NCBI RefSeq assembly: GCF_963921235.1
Contig: NC_086097.1
Location: forward strand, 66,404,001-66,468,000
DNA: 64,000 nucleotides
From: Mobula hypostoma
Taxonomy: Eukaryota
Direction: 5' to 3'
Under the pieces are notes generated by a model that worked only from the letters and a program-made list of their open reading frames with translations, made no database searches and was not told the origin of the DNA. Below are positions 1-12,175 of this stretch, one piece after another. Each line of letters starts with the position of its first letter. Position 1 is the stretch's first letter. The position numbers and the translations under genes are program-made.

Positions 1-943
1 TCTTGAGCTAACAAATGATTATATTGTAGTATTAACAAATGATTGTTTTCCTACTAATCCACATGTCAGTAATAAAGCTTACTTGTGGTTCACTGGAAAA
101 CAAGCAAACAAAAATGCTTGTGACAATTTTTGTTCTCTGGTTTTATTTCAGTATTCATGTCCTGTAAGAAGGCTATTTTAAAGAAGTATAAAATGCAGAA
201 TATAAATTATGTACTTGTTTACAGGAGAAGCTGAATTTATTTCACCTGGATTCATATAATTTTTCAAAAAGAAACGTATCATTTGTCTTAAGTTGAGTAT
301 TAGCAGATGCATGCAGGAGAACAATTATGTGCAAATACTAAAATCAATTAATGCCTTTTTATTGAGCTACTGGAGCAGCAGAGCTAGTTCAGAGGAATGT
401 TCGTTGGGATCATGAAATTCTCCCCAATTAAAATAAGCTAATTATATACCCAGTTATTATTCATCACACATAATTTATTTACTTTTAAATTCCTGTTTAG
501 CTATAATGCTACAGATCAGGAGATCTCGTATGTAGAGCGATATTGTATCAGAGGATATACCAAAGCTATGCCGCAACAAGGTGAACAATATTGAATTTCA
601 AACTCTAGTCCCACAAAACCTTCAACTGCAGTTTTTCCAGGGCTAATTACTAAATTATCAACCTTCCTTCTTATTAGCAGTGCTTGACGCCTATAACTGT
701 AATGTCTTCATAAGGGTGTAATTACAAAAAAAAAGGTGGCAGAGAAAGACAATATTTTGCATGCAACTCCCAAGGGGATCATCAGATATTCCTGTTTGGA
801 ACTGTTACAGCTGAAATCTGTTGCCACAGATGAGCAGATGATTGGGCAGACTCAGGAATCCAGACCACCTAGATAACAAGTATAGCAGCTGTAAACTCAG
901 GGGTGGTATCCAATGTCTCAGAAAATACTGCTACCAGGAAGGA

Positions 944-1215
944 CCATAAGAACATAAGAGATAAGAACAGAATTAGACCATTTGGCCCAATGAGTCTGCT
1001 CTGCTATTTCATCATGACTGATCCATTTCCCTCTCAGCCCCAATCTCTTGTCTTTTCCCCATATTCCATCATGCCCTGACTAATGAAAAATCTTTCAACC
1101 TCTGCCTTAAATGAATCCAATAACTTGGCTTCCACAGCCACCTGTGGCAAGGAATTTCCACCACCTTCAACAAAATTTGATCATCAAAGAAATTTTTTCA
1201 TCCTGCTGCATTACA
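944..1215 (-). mobile_element. CR1 LINE 3'-end fragment
   Basis: Begins with the (cataaga)n tail complement; homologous to other CR1 3' ends in the window (12176, 30411). Confidence 0.8.
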
Positions 1216-1489
1216 GCATCCCAAAATGTCAATTCCCTCCTCAAGACTTTGGTTGGCTTTTCTAACCCTTTCCCATCCAAAACAGGAGATGCACCACTTA
1301 TCCTTTTATCTGGAGACATGACACACACTCCAGCCAAAGGGCTGCTTCATCAACTGCATGGACCAGATAGCAACATCAGGTAAAGGCAGAGGCAGTGATG
1401 TTCGCTTCATAATTAACTCACAGTAGCAGTTCATTCTCAGTCCTGCTCCACTGACCTGGAATATCTGACAGTCAACTGTCATCTATATT

Positions 1490-2338
1490 CAAGATAACTG
1501 TTGGGTTTGTGGCTCAGACTTAGTTTTTTCAGGTTTATAGGAATGTTTTTTGGGGACAGCGTGGAACGTTAAGATAGAGATAGGATTGAGGGGTATGAGA
1601 GATCAAGGGCATTAATGAAGAACCAGAAGTTAGAGCACTCCATGGTCAGAGGCCAGTGATCCCCAGGATGGAGGTCTGCGGACTGTAGGCCCCGAGAACA
1701 AGGATGGGTGATTCCTGAGGTCAGCGACTCCTGGAACCGGAGGCCTGAGGTTGGTTGGCCCTGAATTAAGATTTGCATGATTGGCAATTCCTAAGTCCTC
1801 AAGTCCGAAGGTCAAAGCCCAAAGATTGAGGACCCTATTCAGTGAGTCCAGAGGTCAGAAGCTAATGTCTGCGAGTCCACAGTCACAGTCTGGAATTAGG
1901 CTTGGAGGCAGCCTGTACTGGGATTGAAGCTTGGAGGTTAAAACCCCATTGTCGGTGAGTTCAAGGTCATATCCTGTGATTGACAAGTCAGGAGATCGAA
2001 GCCCTTAGGTTAGTGAGTCCGGAGGTCGGAGGTCTGAGGTCTGTGAGTTCAGGGTCATAGTCATGAGGTTCGTGGCCTGTCCTGGGGTTGGAAGCCCGAT
2101 TGTGTTTGTGGGTAGGCAAGGGACATGTTTTGCTGTTATTGCTTGTTGTATGTTGATTGCATGTTGTTCTGAACATTGTGGACATGCAATGTGGGCGCTG
2201 GAATTTGGGGTGACACTTGAAGGCTGCCTGGAGCACATCCTCAGATTATATTGGTTGTTAATGCCAATAGTGCATTTCACTGTATGTTTTGATGTACATA
2301 TGGTAAATAATAAATCAATCTAAAGATCTAAATCTGAA
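1490..2338 (+). mobile_element. Unclassified non-autonomous retroposon with internal degenerate tandem repeats
   Basis: Repeated GTGAGTCC(A/G)GAGGTC motif over 1640-2110, then a LINE-like 3' end (cactgtatgttttgatgtacat...aataaa + aatct repeats). Confidence 0.5.
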
Positions 2339-2439
2339 ATCTACTTGCTGAAGGAGTTCTCCATCATCATTCTTTAATGGTGTGCTTTCCACCCTTGACA
2401 GACATTAAGCTGGTACCAGAGAAGCTGAGCGTTGTGATC

Positions 2440-2660
2440 AACAGTCATGAAACTACACACCTTGATACATTTCTGATCTTCAGGATGTCTGCAACCTGGC
2501 TATCTTTAAGAAGTCTCTGACCAACTACCACCAACATGTCACTTGTAGAATTAGAGGAGCTAACACACTCAATCACTGTTACACCACCATCAAAAACACT
2601 AACTATACTGTCCCATGCCCGCACTTTGGCAAGACTGATCACCTGGCTGTACTTCTTCCA
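2440..2660 (+). mobile_element. Rex1/Babar-type LINE endonuclease fragment (degraded)
   Basis: Translates to QHVTCRIRGANTLNHCYTTIKN...PCPHFGKTDHLAVLL, the C-terminal APE motifs (LDHCY...SDH). Confidence 0.7.
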
Positions 2661-2904
2661 ACAAATATCAAGTTTTACACCAAGTGAAACTCCTTTACAT
2701 AGCCGTTTAGATTTACAATTTGTACTTAAACTTGATGGCCCTGTTCCAGACATCGTGAGACTAAATAATATGGAAAACTCTTGAAAAGAAAACTACTGGA
2801 TAGCACAATTTACAAACTGTGCTGAAAAATCTACCACATTATTTGTGCGAGTTGAAAAAAAAGACAAAATTTGCTGGTTCTTTCACATTTTGTGTTTATT
2901 TATT

Positions 2905-2930
2905 CCCCCCCCCCCCCACACACACACACA
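2905..2930. repeat. poly-C plus (CA)n microsatellite
   Basis: Directly visible. Confidence 0.95.
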
Positions 2931-3694
2931 TTTCAATCCTGTAGGAGTTAATTTTATTAGCATATCTTGTTTTTTTGCGTTGTGATTGATGAATCCTCTG
3001 AGGGTGAATTTTCATAACGCAAGTTCCTGTAAAGTGGGCTCACCCGTGTGGAGCTTAGCTAATTCTTTTCTCTCGATAGATGGGCATTAATGCTCTAACC
3101 CCACCTGATGTACCACTGTTCACATTGCAATCTTTGAAGATGATTTCAATTCACTGGTCAGATTCAACTCTTCTTTTCAATATAGGTTCCCAGACCTTTC
3201 TCAACACAAATCTCTCTTTGAATTACAATGCAGTCAGTGCAGTTACGTCAATTACATTTAACCTGTTGATTACATTTTCACTTTCAACATAAGTTTCCAT
3301 GTGGTGGGTGGAACAGAGCTATTATATTTGGATTGAAACTGAGTTTTGAATTATATATTTGTACTATGATGGGATTGTTCATTTTGCATCCCTGGTGACA
3401 CTGCAGTAGCAATGCTGATTGGCAGCGTAATATCACTGGTATTAGTTTATAATCTGCTACTAGGATAAACAATTTGCCTATTAAAAATAAAGACGTTATT
3501 TATTCCAAATACCATTCCAAGTGTTTCTTTCTTGATTTGCACTCACTTTTGTGCAAAGGTAAAGTGATAGGCTTTCCTTTCTCAGTATTCATCTTTTATC
3601 ATTAAGTAACTTGACACATCAATTGTAAACCTCAATTTCAGATAGAACTGTAACAAATGATAAGAAATTCATTTCCTTAATTTTTCTTGCTTCC

Positions 3695-4458
3695 AACTAG
3701 GGTAGATCTTACATAGTGAATGGTAGAGCACTGAGGAGTGTGCTAGAACAACGGGACCTGGGAATAGAGGTCCATAATTCGTTGAACGTGGTGTCACAGG
3801 TAGTTAGGATAGTAAGGAAAGTATTTGGCACATTGGCCTTCGTATATCAAATCTGTATTTCGTACAGGAGATGAGATATTATGTTGAAGTAGTATAAGAC
3901 GTGGTGAGGCTTAATTTGGAGCATTGTGTGCAATTTTAATCACCAACCTATAGGAAAGATGGAAATAAGAATTAAAAGAGTGCAGTGAAAATTTACGAGG
4001 ATGTTGCTGAGTCTGAAAGACCTAAGTTACATGGAAAGATTGAATAGGTTAGGACTGTATTCCTTGGAATGTAGAAATTTGAGAGGAGATTAGGTATACA
4101 AAATTATGAGGGGTATAGATGAGGGGTAATTGCAAGCAGGCTTTTTCCACTGAGGTTGGGTGGGACTACAACCAGAGGTCATGAGTTAAGGATGAAAGAT
4201 GAAGAGTTTAAGGGGACCATGAGTGAAACTTCTTCATTCAGAGGTTTGTGAGAGGGTAGAATGAGCTGTCAACACAAGTGGAGCATGCAAGCTCAATTTC
4301 AACATTTAAGTGAAGTTTTAGGTAGGTTCCTGGATAGTAGGGATATGGAGGGCTATGTTCCTGGTGCAGGCCAATGGGAGTAGGCAGTTTAAATGGTTTG
4401 GCACAGACTGGATGGGCTGAAGGGCCTGTTTTCATGCTGTACTTTGCTATGACTCTGT
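3695..4458 (+). mobile_element. CR1 LINE 3' portion (RT C-terminus and 3' UTR), degraded
   Basis: Homologous to the reverse complement of 45923-46700; ends gggctgaagggcctgtt...ctatgactctg. Confidence 0.85.
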
Positions 4459-4986
4459 GGACTTTTTTGCTCCTGACTCCACATCATTTCATACCCTTTT
4501 AAGTTGGTGATGTAATGGTGTGAGTATCATCAAAAGGTCAGGAACAAATCATGCAAACTATTGCAACATTCCTCTGATTGGAATGAAGACACCTGCCTCT
4601 GGAAGGCTAAAGGATGGGGAATTATTACACTTGATCACAGAAAAAAATGATCATAACCTCCAATGATTAAGTTCCATGGATACTTTAGTTGAATCCCTGG
4701 GTTAGCCTACCCTATTCAATTCACATTGTATCAATAATATTTTACTGTCTCCCTTCCAGGGCCTAGAACTTTAATCTTACTATGTTTCTGGCCTAGCTAT
4801 AATTTGAAAGTGCTGAGTACCTCTGTGCATTAATCCTCAACCACTAGGCTAACCTATTCAACTCAATATCTGTATCTGAGTTGGTGTTAGACAGAATGAC
4901 CCAGTACATTACTTATCTGTGATATGGTGGGAGGCAGTGGCATTGATATGCACATAGTAATGTTAAACAGCATGGTCAAGCCACAT

Positions 4987-5990
4987 TAAATTCAATTCAA
5001 ATTTAATTGTCATCCGACCATACATGAGTATCCACGAATACAGCCAAATGAGACACCATTACTCCAGGGCCAAGCTGCAAAATACAGTACCAACAGTCAC
5101 ACAGTAGAAAGCACACATAGCACATGCAAAATAGCAAGCACATAAAGGTATCAGTAAGATACAAACATGCAATCAAAGAGTCCAGGCTTGAGTGATCAAT
5201 GCTGCAGAAATCTGAAGTCGACCACAGTAGACCTTGGCTTCTAACAAACAAGAGAAAATCTGCAGATGCTGGAAATCTGTGTGTGAGAGCTTGTCTTTTT
5301 CCGAGTGAACACTGGAGACAGCCCCGACTCCAGCCTGGATGCTGCACCACGTCATCCCTGGTGGAGCATATCAGCTCTGACGCCTCTCTCCTTGCAGCTC
5401 TAAACAGGCGACACAATGGCCTGAGGCCCTGAGTCCATTGAATGCCGCATAAACCTGCAGTCGACCACAATAGAGTTTGCTTCTGGCGAGCAAACACTGG
5501 AGGGTGGGGGGCTGGGGGGCTGGGGGCAGCACTGACTCCAGCCTGGAAGCTGTGCCACACTGACCAAGCTGGAGTGCACCGACTTCGATGCCTCACTTCT
5601 GGTGGCTGTAAACAGGTGACACTGCAGCTTGAGGGCTAGTCCTCGCTATAACTCAGGCCATGCAGCTCCCCTACTGTATGTCCTTGCTGTCAGCCAATAA
5701 ATCAGTGAATCGAACTTGCGGCATTTCACATTAACAATGTCCAAAAGGGTCTTGCGATCACAAGAAAAGTGACCAAGATGGTCACTCGCTGTTAGACTTC
5801 ACGCCTCCTTCGACTCAGGCACAGTACGATGTGCAGCTCCTTCATTTTCTTCACTAATGAGCAACTCGCTGATGGGATAGACCTGCAGTACTTTAAGTTC
5901 TTAATGTATAGCAGGATCTTGTGATCATAAAAAATACATTTACAGATGCATGTAGGTAGATTTTCAGATAAAGCTCTGTTCTGCACAAGT
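4987..5990 (-). mobile_element. Unclassified ~1-kb non-autonomous retroposon with Rex/Babar-like 3' tail
   Basis: aattcaattcaaatttaattgtcatc end resembles the tail at 61948; internal ~240-bp diverged tandem duplication. Confidence 0.5.
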
Positions 5991-6289
5991 TCATAAGTAA
6001 GTTTGATAAAGTTACATTAAACTTTTGCTAAAGTTGCTAGAAAGAACTCCAAGTCTAACTGCAAGTCCCTAAGCCCATCCCTCCCCACCATCCTCCTGGC
6101 TAATGTCTTTTATTCTGGAGAATAAAAGAGAATATGTGAGAGCAAGAGCTATCCAGTCCATGCAGTGGATGAAGCAGCCCTTGGGCTGGAGCACTGTGTC
6201 CAGAGTGCTGGAGGTGAGTCATATATCTGAGAAGCACAGTACACAACAATATCTGATGTCCCTCTGGTACTGCTATTTATGGCAAGTGT

Positions 6290-7825
6290 CTGGAAAAGAA
6301 TTTATTTGCCCTAAATTTCTTCGCAGCTACAACATTCATTACTTGCCTACCTAAGTCTGCATTGATCATATATGGATCACCTTACCACCATCACCAACCG
6401 TTCTGTCCTGCAACTTGGCTGTGCTGCTGCTTCCTGTATACAGGCAGAGACTAAAGAGCATGCCACTGGAGGTGAAGGTTATGAAGAGTTGGTAAAGGGA
6501 TGCAGAAGAACAAATAATACAACTGCATCGAATCAGTAGACTGGGCAACAGATTTCACATCACACGCTGGTGATAATAGACCTGATTCTGATTCTGAGAC
6601 CTGAATGCATCTGCCACATTTATCACCGACATCATAAGGAACTGCATAGACCAGTATGTATCCACAACAACTACCATTTGGGCTGCCATGGTAGTGCAGC
6701 AGTTAGTGTGATGCTAGTACAGCTCAAAATGTTCTGGAGTTCAGAGTTCAATTCCAGTGCTGTCTTTAAGTAGTTTGTATGTTCTCCCTGTGACTACATG
6801 GGTTTCCTCTGGGTGCTCCAGTTGCCTCCCAGAGTCCAAAGAAGTACTGATTGGTAGGTTCATTGCTCATTGTAAGTTGTCCTGTTATTAGGCTAGTATT
6901 AAACAGATGGGTAGCCGGGTGGTGCAACTCAATGGGCTGTAAGGGTCTTTTCCGCAAACAAACAAATAAATAAATAAATTGACATTGCAAGTCTCTCCCA
7001 ACCAGAAGCCTTGGATGAACTGGGAGATTCATAATCTGCTGAAGGCTAAACACCACATCTGCCAGGATAAACTTGAGTCATACATGAAATCTAGGCATGA
7101 CTTCTAGAGGACCATCGTGAGTGCAAAGAGAAAATATCAGACTGAACTGGAATCATAGATCAACAGTTATGGCAGGGCAAAAGTGAAAAATGGTAATATA
7201 AGAGGTAATAACATATCACTTTTATGTATGCTTTGAAAGAGAGAATAATAACTCCTACACATGCCCTCACAGCTCCAGATATCTCAGTGATTTCAGTCTC
7301 CAATTCTAATGTTTGGGCATCCTTCAGAAGGGTGAACCCACAAAAGGAGTCTAGCCCAGATGCCAGATGGTTTTGCTAGCCAAATGCTGAAGATGTGTGC
7401 AGACCAATCAGCTGGTGTATTCAAGGACATCTTCAACCTTGCCCTCTCTGGTCTGTGGTTCTGACCTGCTTCAAAAGAGCATCTACTTTATCAGTGCCTA
7501 AGAAGAGCTGGTGACCACCTCAATGACCACCATATGGTAGCATCAGAATCCACCATAACAATGTGCTCCAAGAGGTTGCTTATGGCGTGAGTGAATTCCA
7601 GATTCAGAAATGACTTGGATCCTCTTCAATTTGCCTATCACCACAACAAGTCAACAGTAGATGCATCCTACTGTCTGCTCATTCAGATCAGGATCAACAC
7701 TAAAAACTCCTCCAGCCTTATCACCAGTCCCCAAGACCTGGACCTCTGAACTGCCCTTTGAAAATGGATCTTTAATTTCTGATCAACAGATCTTAATCAG
7801 TATGGATTTGTAACAATATCAATGG
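6290..7825 (+). mobile_element. Rex1/Babar LINE ORF remnant, interrupted by a SINE
   Basis: Degraded RT N-terminal motifs (VNP.K...PD, CADQ.AGVFKDIFNL, LDPLQFAY...STVDA). Confidence 0.75.
6680..6978 (+). mobile_element. tRNA-derived HE1/V-SINE-type SINE
   Basis: A-box-like tggtagtgcagcagtt, B-box gagttcaattcc, central gggtttcctctgggtgctccagtt..cctcccag.gtccaaag domain, (taaa)n tail. Confidence 0.8.
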
Positions 7826-8910
7826 CCCTGATTGCCTCACAATGGATGCCCAGCCCAGAGAGACTTCCATTCCTCATCAGGTTCTTTCTGGACAACAGAT
7901 ATAATCAGTTCCCCTGCTCCATCTCCACCCTTCTATGTCTGGTGGAACTGGTTCTCACCCTCAAGAATTTCTCTTTCTTCTCCTCCCACTTCCTTCAAAC
8001 ACACAAAATGGTGTAGCCTTGGGCACATGCATGCAATCCAGCTAAGCCCACCTTTTCATTGGCTATGTGGAGTGGTCCATGTTCCAAACCTACACTGGTA
8101 AAGCCCCTCAAACTCTTTCTGGGCTACATTGGTGACTGTATTACTGCTGCTTCCTGCATGATCTTGTCATTCTCAGCAACTTTACTTCCAACTTCCACCC
8201 TGACCTCAAATTTACTTGGTTCATCTCTGTCACCCTCTCCCGTTTCTGAATTCCCTTGCCTCTGTCTCTGAAGACAGACTATCTATTGATATATTTTATA
8301 AAACTATTTACTCTCATAGTAATCTTGACTATATCTCTTCCCATCCTGTCACCTGTAAAAATGGTATTTTTTTTCTCAGTTCCTCTCTCTCTACTGCATC
8401 TGTCCTCAGGGTAACTCCTTCCATTCTAGAACATCCGAGTTGTTTTGCTTCTTCAAAAAAATGGAGTTCCTCTTCCACCACTATTGATGCTGCCCTCACC
8501 TGCAATTCCTCTATTTCTAGCATATCTGCCCTCAGCCCGTCCTCCCACTGCCATAACTGGAATAGGGGTCACCTTGTCCTACCTACCATCCCACATGTCT
8601 CTGTATACATACATCCTTCTCCCACTAAGCACATCTTTCCCTCCCCCTCCCCCCCAACTCTCTGCTTTCAACAGGAATCGCTCTCTACATGACTGCCTTG
8701 TCCACTTGTCCCTCCCCACTGATCTCCCTCGTGGCACTTATCCCTGTTAGTGGGACAAGTTCTACTCCTGCCCCTACACCATTTCCTTCACCACTATTCA
8801 GAGCCCCAAACAGAATTTCCAGGTGAGGCAACACTTCACCTGTGAGTCTGTAAGTGTCTGTATATTGTGTCCGGTGATCCCAGTGTGGCCTCCTCTATAT
8901 CGGTGACCAC
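7826..8910 (+). mobile_element. Penelope-like element fragment (RT and GIY-YIG region), degraded
   Basis: Homologous to the reverse complement of 60300-60980; YIGD/YIDD-like motif near 8125 and YCVR..QCGLLYIG at the 3' end. Confidence 0.8.
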
Positions 8911-9500
8911 CTCTTGCCCTGCCATGGACTTGTTTTTGATTTTTTTTTTTATATATTCAGGTATTGCTTTTGCACATTGTTTTTCACTGGTAAAATTTAA
9001 TGTATGTTATATTTTGTGTGTTGCCCTTACCAATATGCCTGTGCTGCTGCCCCAAGCAAGTTTATCATTGTACCTGTCCTTTGCCATGTTTGTGCACATG
9101 ATAATAAACTCAATTTGATCTGACTAGTGAGAACTTCCCTGTGGAAGCTGGGCTAATCCCCTCATTGACAGACATGGCACAGCACTGGTAAGGATTCATG
9201 GCATCCTCACCAAGCATTGCATGTGGCTTACATTATGGAAATTACAACTTGTATTGGGGCCAGAAAATCTGAAAAGAATGATAGTTCTTTCCCTATATTT
9301 TAGCCAGCAGTCATAACTACCAAGGTATCATAATAAATGCATGTGTTTATTTTGAGTATGCTTAGTTGAGTTGCTACTCTCATGTCCCTTGCTACCAGTA
9401 TTTTACTATTTATCACAAGGTTTCAATACTATTTCACAAGCAATCTAAAGCATGGGAGGTGGTAAGCAGAAGGTATATGTTTTTGGTGGATATTTCATTA

Positions 9501-10022
9501 TACCGCTGTACCATTGAGAGCATACTCACCAACTGCATCTCAGTGTGGTATGGCAATTGTCCCATATCGAACAGCAAAGCACTCCAGTGTGTGGTGAAAA
9601 CTGCCCAGCGGATTATCGGCACCCAATTGCCCACCATTGAGAACATCTACCATAAACGCTGCCTGGGCAGGGCGAAAAGCATTATCAAGGATGCATCTCA
9701 CCCTAACTATGGACTTTTTACTCTCCTCCCATCCGGAAGGCACTACAGCAGCCTCCGCTCCCGCACCAGCAGGCACAGGAAGAGCTTCTTCCCTGAGGCT
9801 GTGACCCTGCTGAACCTCACATCACAGCGCTAAGCAGTATTGCACCCATATTGTACTGTCTCAGTACTTTTATATTTGTGTGCTGTAGCACTTTTTATTC
9901 TCAGTTATTTTGTTAAAAACACTATTCTTTGCATTTCTGGTCAGATGCTAACTGCATTTCATTGGCTTTGTATCCGTACTCGGCACAACGACAATAAAGT
10001 TGAATCTAATCTAATCTAATCT
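9501..10022 (+). mobile_element. Rex1/Babar LINE 3' end, relatively young
   Basis: Open frame YRCTIESILTNCISVWYG...LLPSGRHY...SFFPEAVTLLN*, 3' UTR, aataaa and (aatct)n tail. Confidence 0.85.
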
Positions 10023-10973
10023 TTAGGAACTGATGTTCTTGGACCTTCCTCAATTATCTGCTTTTTATTACACTAGTATTTGAATGATAATTCAATTAAA
10101 AATGCGTGCAGCACTGAAGATGTTTAATTTCCTAGTGAAATATATGTGAAATTGGAGGTAAACATGTTGATTGATTCTCTATATTTGTTTTAGTAAGTGC
10201 CAGTATGCTAACTATGGGTGCCAAACTTGGTGGTATTTTTCCTATGACTCAGGTCCTTGACTCTGAAATGTACAGGAGATAGGGTTCACTACTAATCAGC
10301 AGACCATGAACTTGGTGATTGGTTAAAGGTTTTGTTCTTTGGACACCCTTTTCTTCAGTTAGCTCAAATTGTAGTGGTGCATGAGGGGTAGCAATTAACC
10401 CTAAACCTGAAGAAATGGAGTGGAAGCAGGTTATTCCTGAATCCAATGGACTGCCAAGATCCTGCCAGTCAAATATAATTTTAGAACTTTCTTTTACTCC
10501 TTCCCTCTTAAATATTTGAACAATTGAATACATTTATTTTGTATTTTTAATTACCATGATTCCTGATCAAGTGTTTGCTGATCTTACTCTTTTATTACAA
10601 TAAGAAATGCAACAAAAGTCAAAAGAATGATTGTTTGTAAAGATTTCCATGATTATATTATCTGTCGACATTCATTTTGTACATTCATTCCTAAGAAGTG
10701 ACTATATGAAACCACCTCTGACCCAAGAGTATTTAGTGTTAGGGTTGTTTTTTTTTTACTAATTATATGTTGTTCAGTGTGCCTTAGCAAAATTCAATCA
10801 TGATGTTGCTCAAAGCCCTATTGCTCTCACTATAGGTGAATGTTTTCAGGTTTACATCCAATGAATATAAATAAATGTTAGCTGAATAATGAACTTAAAA
10901 TTTTACATGCTGAATATTATTAGCAAATCAAAGCTTTTCTGTATGATTAATATACTTGGTGCTTTATTTCCAG

Positions 10974-11124
10974 AGCCGTTTGTTTAGCTCATATAAATCT
11001 TGGGCTTATTTTCCTCTTACAAATGAATCACTATTATGAAGCAATCCGCAGATTTACAGATGCCTTAAAAGTTGAGCCAACTTCCACAAAAGCATATGTA
11101 TGTCGTGCAGAGGCGCACCATAAG
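10974..11124 (+). CDS. TTC6: TTC6-like TPR protein, internal coding exon (1st in window): (R)AVCLAHINLGLIFLLQMNHYYEAIRRFTDALKVEPTSTKAYVCRAEAHHK
   Basis: Acceptor tttatttccag| at 10973, donor AAG|gtatgc at 11125. Open frame with TPR pattern, phase 0 out, joins the next exon in frame. Resembles recalled vertebrate TTC6 (LAHVNIGLI...EAI..F.EA.RIDP....Y.CRAE). Confidence 0.85.
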
Positions 11125-11741
11125 GTATGCATATGCTTGAAACAAAATGGTTAAACCTGAATTTTGTTGCTCGGTTAATAGTTTTTTAATCACTTTATAT
11201 TTTAATTGATAAATCACAATGACTTCCTCATCTAAATATAATTTTGTTGAAGATTACACTGAAATACCTTCATTATGCTTGGTGATCTTGAACTGTGAGG
11301 GATAAATCAAGTGTTCATTTTGCACATTGTTTGTGCCTATTTCTGATACAAGATATTTTGTATTAGGAGGATGGCCACTTTTGATGTTTCCCATAGTTAG
11401 ACAATCTACTGACTTTACGTATGCTTCTGGTTGTGCATAAACATCAGAAGCACAGTTAATTTTCAGAAGTCACACAATACGCTTTGTATTGCTGCAGTAT
11501 TATGGCAAATTATGTGGTTTGCATGAGAGAGGAGTCAAGCTTGTCAATTCTAACTTCCATGAATGACTGTAATTTAAATAGATGGGCAGGGTTTCTCACA
11601 TAGGTGTAAACTGAGTCTTGTTTAAGAAACTACATCTAAGAACGAAATGTATCACATAGTATGACTTTAATCCGTTGCTATATGAGCCACCATTGACAAG
11701 TGTGAAGCTGTGAGTATATTACCTTCAGAAAAGGTAGATAG

Positions 11742-11869
11742 CTCTCTCACTCTCTCGTACTCTCACTCACTCTCTCTCACTCTCACTCATTTTCACTCAC
11801 TCTCTCTCACTCTCACTCACTCTCACTCACTCTCTCTCACTCTCCCTCACACTCTCTCACACTCACTCT
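11742..11869. repeat. Compound (CTCA)/(CT) microsatellite
   Basis: Directly visible. Confidence 0.95.
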
Positions 11870-12175
11870 TTATTTGCTCTTAAACCTATAGTAATGCTAA
11901 GGAGCCTACAGGATTTCCATTGGTTTGAATTTAGGAAGTTACTGCTTGAGGAAGAAGCAGGACAGTGATCCATTTCACAGCGACTAAAGAATGGCGGTGT
12001 GAGGAAGCAGACCAGAAATTGTGGCAGTCTGTGGATTTGCAAGATGTGTTAGTGAGCTTAAAAAAAACTAAACACAGTTAACTTGTTCTGCATGTGGAAC
12101 AAGTAGAGGTGTATGTGAGGGTGTATTATTATTACTGAGATCCTGGTGGAAAATGCAGAAAGAGTAGCACAGCAG

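Noticed and set aside
501..580. Possible exon (tttag|...AAG|gtgaac) with open frame YNATDQEISYVERYCIRGYTKAMPQQ
   Set aside because: No TPR pattern or resemblance to the TTC6 segment I expect upstream; it joins in frame only via the alternative acceptor at 10976. Unsupported without RNA data.
1640..2110. CRISPR-like repeat-spacer array
   Set aside because: Units are degenerate and irregularly spaced, the context is a vertebrate intron, and no cas genes are present.
5003..5596. 197-aa ORF on the minus strand
   Set aside because: Lies in a repeat, has no recognisable domain, and has low-complexity Cys/Leu-rich composition.
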